From Chloroflexia bacterium (GTDB lineage: Bacteria > Chloroflexota > Chloroflexia > Thermomicrobiales > UBA6265): a DNA stretch of 37,706 nt. The DNA is taken from NCBI GenBank assembly GCA_013698305.1, contig JACCVC010000103.1, positions 1-37,706 of the forward strand, written 5' to 3'. Below, piece after piece: positions 18,676 through 29,155 of this stretch; position 1 is the stretch's first letter, and each line of letters begins with the position of its first letter. The notes below the pieces were generated by a model that made no database searches, had not been told where the DNA came from, and was given only the letters and a program-made list of their open reading frames with translations. Position numbers and translations under genes: made by a program.

Positions 18676-20370
18676 CTAGGCGCGGGGAAGCAGCACCGAC
18701 AGGCGGTTGGCAAGTCCGACGGGCAGTCGTCCGATCAGCTTGCGCAGCATCTGCTCCAGCTCAGGAATCCGCAACACCCAGGCGAGCACGATGAAGGCCA
18801 GCACATACATCCCCAACGCGTACAGGAAGAACGTTTCCCGCGGGATCAGGGAGATCGACTCATCGGCCTGGGCGATCCTGACATCGTCGAGCGTGAACCA
18901 GATCAGCAGCGCCATGCCCACGGTGGCGAGCGCCACCCTGACGAGCCAGAATCCGAACCCCACGCTCACCACGCCACCGGTTCGTTGGCGAAGGAACAAC
19001 CACAGAATGACCGCCTCCGCGCCTGTAGTGGCCGAAAGGGCGATGGCGAGACCGCCATGACTCAATGATCCGATCAGGAGCGTGCAGAGCAGCAGGTTCA
19101 GGATCATGGTGATGACCCCGGTGATGACGGGGGTCTTCGTGTCGCGAGTCGCGTAGAACACGCGACTCAGGATTTCGGTGAGGGCGTAGCCAAGCAGGCC
19201 GATCGCAAACCAGGCCAGCGGCGTCGCCACGAGTTCGGTAGACCGGCTGCCGAATGAGCCGCGCTGGTAGATGAACGCGACTAGCGGCTCCCGCAGCATG
19301 AGCAGGCCGACCCCAGCAGGGATGCTGAGGAAGAGCAGTGGACGCAGCGCGCGATCCAGCGTCCGACGGAAGTCCTCATCCTTTCCCTGTCCATACAACG
19401 CGGCGAGGGTGGGGAAGATCACCGTCGAGATACTGAGCGCGATCACGCCATGTGGTAGCATCAGCAATTGCCAGGCATAGTTGAGCGCCGATACTCGCTC
19501 CGCCGACGTGGTCGAGGCGAATGCGTTGATCGCGATGAAGTTGAACTGGAACGCCGCAAGACCGATGATCCGTGGTCCCAGCAAACGCGCCACTTCTCGC
19601 AGGCCATCGACCTGCCTGCTCAACGACGGCCGGAAGGTGAGATCCGAGCGAATGATCCCTGGAACCTGGACAAGCAGATGTCCGAGCGCGCCCACGATCA
19701 CCGCCCACCCGACGGCGTGGATTCCATAAGTTGGGGCAAACCAGATCGCGCCGACGATAATTGCGGCGTTGTAGATCAGCGGCGCCAGCGCGGGCAGGGT
19801 GAACTGCTGTTGCGACTCCAGAATGCCCTTGAAGGCGATTCCGGTGCCGAGGAAGATCGGCGACAGGAGCAGGATGCGCATCAGGTCGACAGAAAGACCG
19901 GTGGTTTCGCTATCAAATCCCGGCGCGACCACCGCCATCAACGGTCGCGCCAGCACGAACGCGATCAGTGACACTGCTACAACGGCGATACCAGCCCAGG
20001 TCAGGACAGCCGACGCCAGCTCGCTGGCCCGCTTGCGATCCCCTCGCGTCACGAAATCGCCGAATACCGGGATGAACGCCGCGCCAAAGGAGCCGGCAAT
20101 GACGACCAGGAACAGCAAATCCGGGATCCGGAAGGCGCTGACATAGGCGTCCATCTCGCGGCTGGTGCCGAACTGGCTGGCCAGCACCTGCTCGCGGACC
20201 AGACCGAGAATCCGGGACAGGACGAACGCGAGCCCGACGATGATCGCGTTGCGCGCAAGGGAGAGGTGCCCCGCGCCGGCATCCGCGCCCGTATCCGGGG
20301 TGAGCGCTGCCGCATCGACCGCTGTGCCGTGGTGTTTGCTCGATCCGGCAAGCTGCCGTGCCTGACTCAT
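18676..20370 (-). CDS. murJ: Lipid II flippase MurJ (MviN)
   Basis: SRILGLVRE, DAYVSAFRIPD, AAFIPVF, LPHGVIALSISTVIFP, FYATRDTKTP. Confidence 0.95.
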   Translation of the reverse strand: MSQARQLAGSSKHHGTAVDAAALTPDTGADAGAGHLSLARNAIIVGLAFVLSRILGLVREQVLASQFGTSREMDAYVSAFRIPDLLFLVVIAGSFGAAFIPVFGDFVTRGDRKRASELASAVLTWAGIAVVAVSLIAFVLARPLMAVVAPGFDSETTGLSVDLMRILLLSPIFLGTGIAFKGILESQQQFTLPALAPLIYNAAIIVGAIWFAPTYGIHAVGWAVIVGALGHLLVQVPGIIRSDLTFRPSLSRQVDGLREVARLLGPRIIGLAAFQFNFIAINAFASTTSAERVSALNYAWQLLMLPHGVIALSISTVIFPTLAALYGQGKDEDFRRTLDRALRPLLFLSIPAGVGLLMLREPLVAFIYQRGSFGSRSTELVATPLAWFAIGLLGYALTEILSRVFYATRDTKTPVITGVITMILNLLLCTLLIGSLSHGGLAIALSATTGAEAVILWLFLRQRTGGVVSVGFGFWLVRVALATVGMALLIWFTLDDVRIAQADESISLIPRETFFLYALGMYVLAFIVLAWVLRIPELEQMLRKLIGRLPVGLANRLSVLLPRA

Positions 20371-20580
20371 GGTGTCCCTGTGTTGGGTGAAAACGAGTTC
20401 GCGGTGCAATAGCGCTTCCCGTGGCTTGAGGAAGAGTCGCGCATTGGAGTAGAATACCCCGAAGGCTCGCAACGGGTCTTGTATTCCTATGTCCTCTCAC
20501 ACGAGCGTGGCGACTACTCATGCCACACGCAACACGTTGTCGGATTCCGGCGATGATCAGGTTATCGAGGAAGGTATTCC

Positions 20581-20850
20581 GTGGCCAACAGCAAGTCAGC
20601 CCGAAAACGAATCAGAACCGCCGCGCGCAATTTCGAGCGCAATCGACAGTACCGATCATCGTCACGCACACTGGTGAAGCGAGCCGAGCTTGCCATCCTG
20701 GCGGGCGACCAGGACGTTGCCCAGGCGGCAGTGTCGTCCGCGGTGGCGGCGCTCGACCGAACCGCCTCCAAAAAGGTCATTCATCCCAACAATGCCGCCC
20801 GGCGCAAGAGCCGGCTGATCGCGAAGCTCAACGGGATGGGTCAGGCATAG
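20581..20850 (+). CDS. rpsT: 30S ribosomal protein S20
   Basis: MANSKSARKRIR...KKVIHPNNAARRKSRL; GTG start with SD. Confidence 0.97.
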   Translation: MANSKSARKRIRTAARNFERNRQYRSSSRTLVKRAELAILAGDQDVAQAAVSSAVAALDRTASKKVIHPNNAARRKSRLIAKLNGMGQA

Positions 20851-20875
20851 CCTGAGTCAGAGCGCGAAGTACAGG

Positions 20876-20910
20876 AACGGGCGGGGCACTGCAAATAAGC
20901 CCCGCCCGTT
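20876..20910. terminator. Hairpin terminator between convergent rpsT and holA
   Basis: AACGGGCGGGGC / GCCCCGCCCGTT perfect 12-bp stem. Confidence 0.75.
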
Positions 20911-20944
20911 TGGGTTGCCGAATCGTATTCGGTGAGTCGGATTG

Positions 20945-21958
20945 TCAGGACCGCTTCGAATTGGGCGCGAGCGACGTCATGACGTATTGAATCACGTCGA
21001 TCGGATCACGCAGCCGCCCCGTTTTCATCATTCGGTCGGCTGTGGTCATCACCCGCAACGCGCGATTTGCTCCGCCGGGGGATGATCCACGCAGGCTACG
21101 CGCGATGGCGTTCATCCTCGCCGGGTTTGCAAGCCCGATCTCCTTGCCGACGGCAGCCGGTTCGCGACGCTCCGCCGAGGCAAGAATCGCGGTCAGCTCG
21201 ACGGTCTGCCCGAGCTGCGCCAGCATCCGGTGCGGATCCTCGCCCGCTTCGATCAGGCGGTCGAGCTCGGTCGTTGCCACCGCGAGATTGCCGCCGATCA
21301 CCGCGTCGATGAAGCCAAAGATGCGGTCGTTGTCGCCCTGATGGACCAGCAATTCGATGTGCCGACGGGTGATCGCGCCCGGATCGGCGGCGGTCGCCAG
21401 CTTGTCGAGTTCGGAGCCGATCAGCGCCAGGCTCGGCGGGCGGTCGAAGGCGGGATTGTTGCTTCGCTGCATCCATGACTGCGGATACAGCCACTCCGCC
21501 AGAAACCGCGCGTCAGCATCACTGATGTCGCTGTCCAGATTCCCCGCTCTTGCCCGGATCCACTTGACCAGGGACGGACCTCTCGGGGGATCGCCCTCAA
21601 CGACAATCGCGTCTGGCGGCAGCGCCTTGCGGATGCCGACCGGCACGCTGGCCATCGACGGCTCGACCAGAATCAGGGTGGATGGTTCGGGCACCGCGCC
21701 GAACAACGCCGACCAGTCAGGAGCGTTCTTGCCACGTCCGGCAGTCTTGTTGGTTTTCGAGACAAAGTCATTGACGATGACAACGCGGCCCGCCGAGAAG
21801 AACCCGACGCTGGAGATCGCCCCGATCACGTCGGACATTGAGGCGATGTTGCCGTCCATCTCGCTGGTGGATTGGCCATCGGGATCGGCCTTGCCTGCGT
21901 GGCGCCGAGCGGCGTCGCGAACGAGCGACGGGTCCGGGCCGACAATGAAGACGATCAT
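20945..21958 (-). CDS. holA: DNA polymerase III delta subunit
   Basis: FFSAGRVVIV, SELDKL, IFGFIDAV, DRMMKTG; classical position convergent with rpsT. Confidence 0.85.
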   Translation of the reverse strand: MIVFIVGPDPSLVRDAARRHAGKADPDGQSTSEMDGNIASMSDVIGAISSVGFFSAGRVVIVNDFVSKTNKTAGRGKNAPDWSALFGAVPEPSTLILVEPSMASVPVGIRKALPPDAIVVEGDPPRGPSLVKWIRARAGNLDSDISDADARFLAEWLYPQSWMQRSNNPAFDRPPSLALIGSELDKLATAADPGAITRRHIELLVHQGDNDRIFGFIDAVIGGNLAVATTELDRLIEAGEDPHRMLAQLGQTVELTAILASAERREPAAVGKEIGLANPARMNAIARSLRGSSPGGANRALRVMTTADRMMKTGRLRDPIDVIQYVMTSLAPNSKRS

Positions 21959-22005
21959 CGTACGCAAACTCCGTGTGCGATAGGGGTTGAGTCAGGGGAA
22001 TAGCA

Positions 22006-22163
22006 GGTCGGCATCCGGGCGGGCGTCGATGTGGAGCCTTGAACCTGCATTTGCAGGTGGGTGCCGCAGCCTGCCACGGAACACGTCCCGCGCGGAGCAG
22101 CTCCCGGCTCTCGGAGTGTAGGCTCAAGACCACATCGAAAGCACCGTGATCCCGGAACCGACC
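22006..22163 (-). ncRNA. ssrS: 6S RNA
   Basis: Minus strand folds as a rod: GGUCGG..CCGGG/CCCGG..CCGACC, UCGAUGUGG/CCACAUCGA, CUUGAGCCU/AGGUUCAAG; contains GCCGGGAGC and GGCACCCACCUG..GGUUCAAG motifs typical of 6S RNAs; about 160 nt. Confidence 0.85.
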
Positions 22164-22171
22164 GAAGCCGC

Positions 22172-22180
22172 AGACTACCA
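22172..22180 (-). promoter_or_regulatory. Extended -10 promoter of 6S RNA
   Basis: TG-G-TAGTCT about 8 nt upstream of the 5' closing stem. Confidence 0.55.
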
Positions 22181-22298
22181 CGTTCGTTACACCCGCTGCA
22201 ATGCAACCAACCCACCGCCATGCGACAATTTCTCAGACAAGAATGAGTGGTTACCTCTCTACAGAGTGGTGGCGCATTTGGCGCGAATCGAGGAATAC

Positions 22299-23561
22299 AT
22301 GGGCGATCATCATCGACAATCTCCGCGCCGGGTCGTAATCACTGGGCTGGGCGCGATTTGCGCCATCGGCAACACGGTCGACGACGTGTGGCGTGCGGTA
22401 GCAGAAGGGCGCTCGGGCGTCGCGCCGATCACCCGCTTTGACGCCGACGGCTACGAAACGACCTTCGCGGCGGAGGTGAAGGCGTTTGATCCGGCGATGG
22501 CGGTGGGCCGCAAGGACAGCCGCCGGATGGATCGCTACAGCCAGCTTGCAGTGGTTGCGACCCGGGAGGCGGTGTCCCACGCAGGCCTGGATATCGCGCC
22601 GATCGCCGAGCGGGTGGGGGTGCTGGTGGGGACCGGCATGGGCGGTATCGAGACGTTCGAGCACGGCACCGAGACGCTCATCACCAAAGGGCCGAGAAGA
22701 CTGTCACCATTTGTCGTGCCGATGACGCTGCCCAACATGGCATCCGGCCTGGTCGCGATCGACATCGGCTCCAAGGGTCCCAACTTCGCGACGGTCTCGG
22801 CGTGCGCGGGTTCTGCCCACGCGATAGGCGAGGCAGCCATGATGATCCGCGATGGACGCGCCGACGTCATGCTGGCTGGCGGCTCCGAAGCGCCGATAAC
22901 ACGCATGGGCGTGGCGGGCTTCAACGCGATGGGCGCCTTGTCCCGTCGGAACGACAACCCGGAGGGGGCGAGCCGACCGTTCGATGCCGGGCGGGATGGC
23001 TTCGTGCTGGCCGAAGGGGCGGCGATGGTGACGCTGGAGGAACTGGGGCACGCAGAGGCGCGGGGCGCGACGGTCGTTGGCGAGGTGATCGGTTACAGCA
23101 CCACAGACGATGCGAACCACATGGTGCAGCCTGCGCCGGGGGGCGTTGGCGCCGCTCGGGCGATGGCGCTGGCGATGGAGGACGCGAGTATCGGCCCGTC
23201 GGATGTCGCCTACATCAACGCTCACGGCACGTCGACACCTTTGAACGAGCGACTTGAGACCCAGGCGGTGAAGCGTGCATTCGACGGCCTTGCCTATCGC
23301 ATTCCGCTGAGCTCGACCAAGTCGATGACCGGGCACCTGCTCGGGGCGGCGGGGTCGCTGGAAGTGGTGATCACCGTGATGGCGATGCGTGATGGATTGT
23401 TGCCGCCGACGATCAACCAGGAAACGTCCGATCCCGACTGCGATCTGGACTACGTGCCAAATATCGCGCGCGAGGGGGACATCCCGATCGCGATGTCCAA
23501 CTCCATGGGATTTGGCGGGCACAATGTCTCGTTGATCCTGAAGCGTTGGGATGGCGCCTAA
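22299..23561 (+). CDS. fabF: 3-oxoacyl-ACP synthase II
   Basis: RRVVITGLG, catalytic SACA, INAHGTST, KSMTGHLLGAAG, SNSMGFGGHN; GAGGA SD. Confidence 0.96.
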   Translation: MGDHHRQSPRRVVITGLGAICAIGNTVDDVWRAVAEGRSGVAPITRFDADGYETTFAAEVKAFDPAMAVGRKDSRRMDRYSQLAVVATREAVSHAGLDIAPIAERVGVLVGTGMGGIETFEHGTETLITKGPRRLSPFVVPMTLPNMASGLVAIDIGSKGPNFATVSACAGSAHAIGEAAMMIRDGRADVMLAGGSEAPITRMGVAGFNAMGALSRRNDNPEGASRPFDAGRDGFVLAEGAAMVTLEELGHAEARGATVVGEVIGYSTTDDANHMVQPAPGGVGAARAMALAMEDASIGPSDVAYINAHGTSTPLNERLETQAVKRAFDGLAYRIPLSSTKSMTGHLLGAAGSLEVVITVMAMRDGLLPPTINQETSDPDCDLDYVPNIAREGDIPIAMSNSMGFGGHNVSLILKRWDGA

Positions 23562-23617
23562 AACCGAACTCGGCTGAATACCCGACCTGCCTCACGCAGA
23601 GATGCGTTGGAAGATGA

Positions 23618-23646
23618 CGAGGGCCGGCACAAGACCGGCCCGTACG
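23618..23646 (-). repeat. REP-like palindrome (GTAC variant), copy 1
   Basis: cgagggccggcacaagaccggcccgtacg; 27/29 identical to 37047-37075. Confidence 0.75.
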
Positions 23647-23678
23647 TTTTTCGCATCCTGTCCGCAGAGCTATCCGCA

Positions 23679-24827
<1,149 letters not shown>

Positions 24828-24998
24828 GGAAGCGGGTCCACCTCTCGGGCGAGCGCGGTGCGGGCATCGGCACTGGTGGTCGATCCGGCGGGAGCGCAAG
24901 GTTGGTCAACTTCGGACGTTCGATGGCCGAATGAATACGTCGCGGCGGCGGCACTGGCGATGCGACGTTTGGAAATCGGCGAAATCGGGAACGGGTAC

Positions 24999-25028
24999 AG
25001 AAAAAGCCCACGCAGCAAGCGTTGGGCT
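24999..25028 (-). terminator. Intrinsic terminator inside the sigma-factor leader
   Basis: Minus strand AGCCC-A-ACGC-UUGCU-GCGU-GGGCU followed by UUUUCU. Confidence 0.65.
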
Positions 25029-25071
25029 ATCGGTCCACCGATCTCGGTATGTTGACGAATGCGCGGCACAT
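25027..25071 (-). CDS. Putative 14-aa leader peptide MCRAFVNIPRSVDR
   Basis: AGGAGAAGGGG SD; the TAG stop is embedded at the base of the terminator stem. Confidence 0.45.
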   Translation of the reverse strand: MCRAFVNIPRSVDR

Positions 25072-25113
25072 GACTCAGTCCCCTTCTCCTGGTCGCTCGT
25101 CATACTGAAGGGA

Positions 25114-25143
25114 AGTGTAGCCGGGTTGTCAGACAAAATGCAA
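25114..25143 (-). promoter_or_regulatory. Putative sigma70 promoter for leader plus sigma gene
   Basis: TTGCAT-18 nt-TACACT on the minus strand. Confidence 0.5.
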
Positions 25144-25216
25144 GATACGGTGTCGGGAAAGTCCTGATTGGCCCGGCCAGCACCTGTCGCTTCGGGTTCG
25201 GATCGATAATTCTGGA

Positions 25217-25240
25217 TGGTATACTTCCAAGTTGGAAGTA
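25217..25240 (+). promoter_or_regulatory. Extended -10 (TGGTATACT) overlapped by a perfect 9-1-9 palindrome
   Basis: TACTTCCAA-G-TTGGAAGTA at 25222-25240, about 50 nt upstream of yebC. Confidence 0.65.
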
Positions 25241-25291
25241 CATTGCTATTTCGTGTCCACTACTCATCACACCCGAGGAGATTTGCCCCAT

Positions 25292-26038
25292 ATGTCCGGA
25301 CATTCCAAGTGGTCGACCATCAAGCGGAAAAAGGGCGCCGTCGACGCCAAGCGAGGTCAGCTATTCACCAGGCTCGCCCGGGAGATCACCGTCGCGGCCA
25401 GGACCGGGATACCCGATCCGGACGCGAATGTCCGGCTCCGGCTGGCGGTGCAACGGGCGCGCACCGAGAACATGCCCAAGGACAACATCGACCGGGCGAT
25501 CCAGCGTGCGGTGGGGTCGGACACCGGCGAGCAGTTCGATGAACTCTATTACGAAGGATACGGTCCTGGCGGCGTGGCGATCATGATTCTCGCCATGACC
25601 GACAACCGGAACCGGACGGTCGGCGAGGTTCGCGCGGCCTTCACGCGGGCCAACGGCACGCTTGGCGAGACGGGCAGCGTCAACTGGATGTTCGATCAGG
25701 TCGGGGTGATCGCGATCACCGTTGGCGACCGCGATGCCGACGAACTGACGCTGGCGGCGATCGACGCCGGGGCGACCGATGTCTCTGACGAGGACGAGGT
25801 GGTGGAGGTCTACACCGAGCCGCAGGATTTGCACAAGGTGCAGGAGCAACTCGCCTCGGCGGGATATCAGATCGAAACGTCCGAACTGATCATGAAACCA
25901 ACTACGATCATGTCGACGGAGCCAGAAGACGCCGTGAAGGCGATCCGGCTGCTGGAGAAGCTGGAGGACCTCGACGACGTCCAGACCGTCTACAGCAATC
26001 TCGACATCACCGATGACGTGCTGGCGCAGGTGGGCTAA
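25292..26038 (+). CDS. yebC: YebC/PmpR family protein
   Basis: MSGHSKWSTIKRKKG, NMPKDNIDRAI, YEGYGPGG, TDNRNRT, LEDLDDVQTVYSN. Confidence 0.96.
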   Translation: MSGHSKWSTIKRKKGAVDAKRGQLFTRLAREITVAARTGIPDPDANVRLRLAVQRARTENMPKDNIDRAIQRAVGSDTGEQFDELYYEGYGPGGVAIMILAMTDNRNRTVGEVRAAFTRANGTLGETGSVNWMFDQVGVIAITVGDRDADELTLAAIDAGATDVSDEDEVVEVYTEPQDLHKVQEQLASAGYQIETSELIMKPTTIMSTEPEDAVKAIRLLEKLEDLDDVQTVYSNLDITDDVLAQVG

Positions 26039-26044
26039 GCACCA

Positions 26045-26554
26045 ATGCGCGCATCTGACTCCCGCGTGACCATCGGCATCGACCCCGGTACAGCAATCCT
26101 GGGCTACGGGATCGTCGAAGGCGATGGCGATTCCCGGCTTATCGAATTTGGCGTGATCGAGACCCCATCAGGACAGCCAATGCCCGATCGGCTGGTTACC
26201 CTGTACAACGCGATAACTGAGTTGCTGGTGCAACACGAGCCGGACGAGCTTGCGGTGGAGCAGTTGTTTTTTGCCCGTAACGTCACGACGGCTATTGCGG
26301 TCGGTCAGGCGCGGGGCGTGGTGTTGCTGGCGGCGGCGCAACGCGGAATCCCGGTGACGGAGTACAGCCCGTCGGAGATCAAGAACGCCATCGTGGGATA
26401 CGGCAAGGCCGACAAGCGACAGGTTCAGGAGATGGTCCGGATACTCCTCGCGCTCGAAATGGCTCCGCATCCAGACGACGCCGCCGATGCGCTGGCGGTC
26501 GCGCTCTGTCACGCGCAGACACGTCAGTTCGCGGCACACCTGCACGAGGGCTGA
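26045..26554 (+). CDS. ruvC: Holliday junction resolvase
   Basis: IGIDPGT, AVEQLFF, GQARGV, GYGKADKRQV, DDAADALAVALCH. Confidence 0.96.
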   Translation: MRASDSRVTIGIDPGTAILGYGIVEGDGDSRLIEFGVIETPSGQPMPDRLVTLYNAITELLVQHEPDELAVEQLFFARNVTTAIAVGQARGVVLLAAAQRGIPVTEYSPSEIKNAIVGYGKADKRQVQEMVRILLALEMAPHPDDAADALAVALCHAQTRQFAAHLHEG

Positions 26555-26559
26555 CCGCT

Positions 26560-27378
26560 ATGGCGAAACAGGGGATGCGTCTCGATCTGGCGCTGGTGGA
26601 GCGTGGGCTGGTGGAATCACGATCACGCGCCAGGGCGATGATTCTGGCCGGGGACGTGCTGATCGGCGGGCAGCAAGTGACACAGGCAGGGATGCCAGTG
26701 ACCGCTCTTCACGTCGTTGAGCTTCGCCAGAAGCCGCGCTTCGTTAGCCGTGGCGGCGACAAGATAGACCATGCGTTCGATACTTTTGGGATCAGTGTTG
26801 ATGGCAGGGTCGTCGCTGACCTGGGCGCGTGTACCGGCGGATTCACCGATGCGGTGTTGCAGCGAGGAGCGCGGAAGGTCTACGCGGTTGATGTCGGCTA
26901 TGGCCAGCTCGCCTTTCGACTGCGGGAGGACGCCAGAGTGGTCGTGATGGAACGGACTAATGCACGATACATCGAATCTTTTCCCGAACCGGTCGATGTG
27001 GTCGTGATCGACGTGTCGTTCATCTCGCTAAGCCATATGTTTCCGGTTGCCGCGCAAGTTTTGACTACGGACGGCGTGTGCGTGCCGCTGATCAAGCCCC
27101 AGTTCGAGGCTGGCAAGGGCGAGGTCGGCAAGGGTGGGGTGGTGAAAGACCCGGCGATTCATCGGACGGTGTTACGGAGTGTGATTGAGCATGCACGCGC
27201 GGCAGGGTTCCGGTGCGACGGACTGATCGCGTCGCCGCTGGTAGGGCCAGCCGGGAATCACGAGTTCCTGGGTGCGTTCCGACGGTCGGGTTCCGATGAC
27301 ACTAACCAGGCTGACGTAGGCGAGATGATCGAAGGTGCGCTTGATCAGGTGCGACGACAGGATAGCGGGGAAGCGTGA
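26560..27378 (+). CDS. tlyA: TlyA-family rRNA (cytidine-2'-O)-methyltransferase
   Basis: S4 domain RLDLALVERGL, FVSRGGDK, DLGACTGGFTD, DVSFISL, LIKPQFE, GNHEFL. Confidence 0.93.
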   Translation: MAKQGMRLDLALVERGLVESRSRARAMILAGDVLIGGQQVTQAGMPVTALHVVELRQKPRFVSRGGDKIDHAFDTFGISVDGRVVADLGACTGGFTDAVLQRGARKVYAVDVGYGQLAFRLREDARVVVMERTNARYIESFPEPVDVVVIDVSFISLSHMFPVAAQVLTTDGVCVPLIKPQFEAGKGEVGKGGVVKDPAIHRTVLRSVIEHARAAGFRCDGLIASPLVGPAGNHEFLGAFRRSGSDDTNQADVGEMIEGALDQVRRQDSGEA

Positions 27379-28130
27379 GCGATCCATTTGCGGCGATACA
27401 ACGAGCCTTTGGTGAACCAGGTGAGGGCGATCCGAATCGCGACACGGTGCATGTCGACGTCGAACGAGCGGCGCGAACCGGCATCCCCGAGATCGTGCTC
27501 GCCAGCCACAAGCGCGACGACGACCTCCTGGCGTCGGTCGGGCGATTGCTTGCCGCGAACGGGCGGGTGATGGTAAGCCGGATCCGGTCCCACCAATGGG
27601 CGCTACTGGAAACTGTCACCTCAGGCGAATTCGTCATCGACGCATATCGCGAGGCTCGGGTGGCGGTGATCAGGAGCGAGTCCAGCGCGGTCGCCATGAC
27701 AGGCGGAAGCATCGCCGTGATCAGCGCGGGCGCTTCGGATCGCGATGTCGCCGAGGAAGCCGCCTTGGTCGCCGCCGAGATGGGCGTCGAAGCGATGCGG
27801 GTGAGCGACGTCGGCGTGGCGGGTTTGCACAGGCTGATCGCTCCACTGCGCGAGGTGATGACCGCCGGAGTGGACGCGGTCGTCGTCGCGGCGGGCATGG
27901 ACGGCGCATTGCCTTCAGTGGTCGCGGGTTTGGTCGACATACCCGTAATCGGGCTGCCGGTTAGCGTGGGCTACGGTCATGGTGGCCGAGGCGAGGCTGC
28001 GCTTATGGCTATGCTTCAGAGTTGCGCGCCCGGCATCGCCGTCGTGAACATCGACAACGGGATCGGCGCGGGCTCGATGGCGGCCCTCATCGCCAACCGG
28101 ATGGCGGCTGCCCGAGATTCAGCCACGTAG
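27375..28130 (+). CDS. larB: LarB-type nickel-pincer cofactor carboxylase/hydrolase (AIR carboxylase-like)
   Basis: DVERAARTGIPE, DVGVAGLHRL, AGMDGALPSVVAGL, PVSVGYG, SCAPG..VVNIDNG; GTGA overlap with tlyA. Confidence 0.88.
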   Translation: MSDPFAAIQRAFGEPGEGDPNRDTVHVDVERAARTGIPEIVLASHKRDDDLLASVGRLLAANGRVMVSRIRSHQWALLETVTSGEFVIDAYREARVAVIRSESSAVAMTGGSIAVISAGASDRDVAEEAALVAAEMGVEAMRVSDVGVAGLHRLIAPLREVMTAGVDAVVVAAGMDGALPSVVAGLVDIPVIGLPVSVGYGHGGRGEAALMAMLQSCAPGIAVVNIDNGIGAGSMAALIANRMAAARDSAT

Positions 28131-28178
28131 CGTCAGGTCTTGTATCCAGGCCGTCGGGCACTTTCGGCCCGACGCTAC
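28127..28178. repeat. REP-like doublet between convergent larB and meaB
   Basis: GTAGCGTC.. (plus, degenerate) and minus-strand GTAG-CGTCGGGC-CGAAAGT-GCCCGACG (28152-28178). Confidence 0.55.
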
Positions 28179-28189
28179 ATGGCTCGACG

Positions 28190-29155
28190 CTACCTGTTGC
28201 TCAGTGACTCCAGCAACCGATCGGCGGCCGCCAGCGGGCTCATCTGACGAGCCAGCACCGCGTTGATGGCGGCGTCCTGGTTGACGCTCTGGGACTGAAT
28301 CCGCCGCATCAGGTCCCGTTGCACCCGCGAGGAGATCTCGGTCGCGAGCATGGTCCGAACCCGAACCTCCCACGTTCCCGACTGCTGCAACCATTCCTTG
28401 TGCGACCGGATCGCCGCTGACAGCTTGTCAAAACCCGTCTGCTCTATCGCGCTGGTCATCACGATCGGCGGGTTCCATCGGTCATCTGGCGAGTCCTCGC
28501 GGTCATGCAACGTCTGGAGGCGGCGGAGGTCCCTGGCGAGCGCCTGGGCGTCGGGCCGGTCGCCCTTGGAGACGACGATGATGTCACCGATCTCGAGCGC
28601 CCCTGCCTTGAGCGTCTGGACGCCATCGCCCAGCCCCGGCACCTGGACCACCACCGTCGAGTGGGCGAGGGAGGCGATGCCCACTTCGTCCTGACCGGTG
28701 CCGACGGTCTCGATGAAGATTGGATCGAACCCCGCCGCATCGAAGATGTGCGCGACCGTGAGAGTGTGCTGCGCCAAGCCCCCGCCAAAGCGCCGCGACG
28801 CCATGCTGCGCACAAAGACATCGGGTTCGTTGTGCCACTCCAGCATGCGAATGCGGTCGCCGAGGGTCGCGCCGCCGGTGAGTGGGCTGGATGGGTCGAT
28901 TGCGAGTACCGCGACCTTGGCGCCACCAGCGCGGTATGAGCGGATCAGCTCGTTGACCAACGTGGATTTGCCAGCGCCTGGTGGGCCAGTGATGCCGATC
29001 ATGTGGGCAGTGCCGGTATGCGGGAAGACGCGATTCAGGACGTGATGTCCGGCGGGCAGGTCGTTCTCGATTGCGGTGATCGCACGGGCGACCGCGCCGA
29101 TCTCGCCGCCCAGGACGCCATCGGCCTCCTCTTCGGCGGAGTGTCGTCGCCTCAC
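28190..29155 (-). CDS. meaB: Acyl-CoA mutase-associated GTPase MeaB/ArgK
   Basis: [55 protein letters not shown]. Confidence 0.92.
   Translation of the reverse strand: MRRRHSAEEEADGVLGGEIGAVARAITAIENDLPAGHHVLNRVFPHTGTAHMIGITGPPGAGKSTLVNELIRSYRAGGAKVAVLAIDPSSPLTGGATLGDRIRMLEWHNEPDVFVRSMASRRFGGGLAQHTLTVAHIFDAAGFDPIFIETVGTGQDEVGIASLAHSTVVVQVPGLGDGVQTLKAGALEIGDIIVVSKGDRPDAQALARDLRRLQTLHDREDSPDDRWNPPIVMTSAIEQTGFDKLSAAIRSHKEWLQQSGTWEVRVRTMLATEISSRVQRDLMRRIQSQSVNQDAAINAVLARQMSPLAAADRLLESLSNR

Noticed and set aside
25030-25100. Resemblance of CGUCAACAUAC and AAGGGGA to the yybP-ykoY manganese riboswitch
   Set aside because: The GGGGAGUAGC 5' motif and the downstream GCGAGACC closing motif are missing; only an Rfam search could rescue it.
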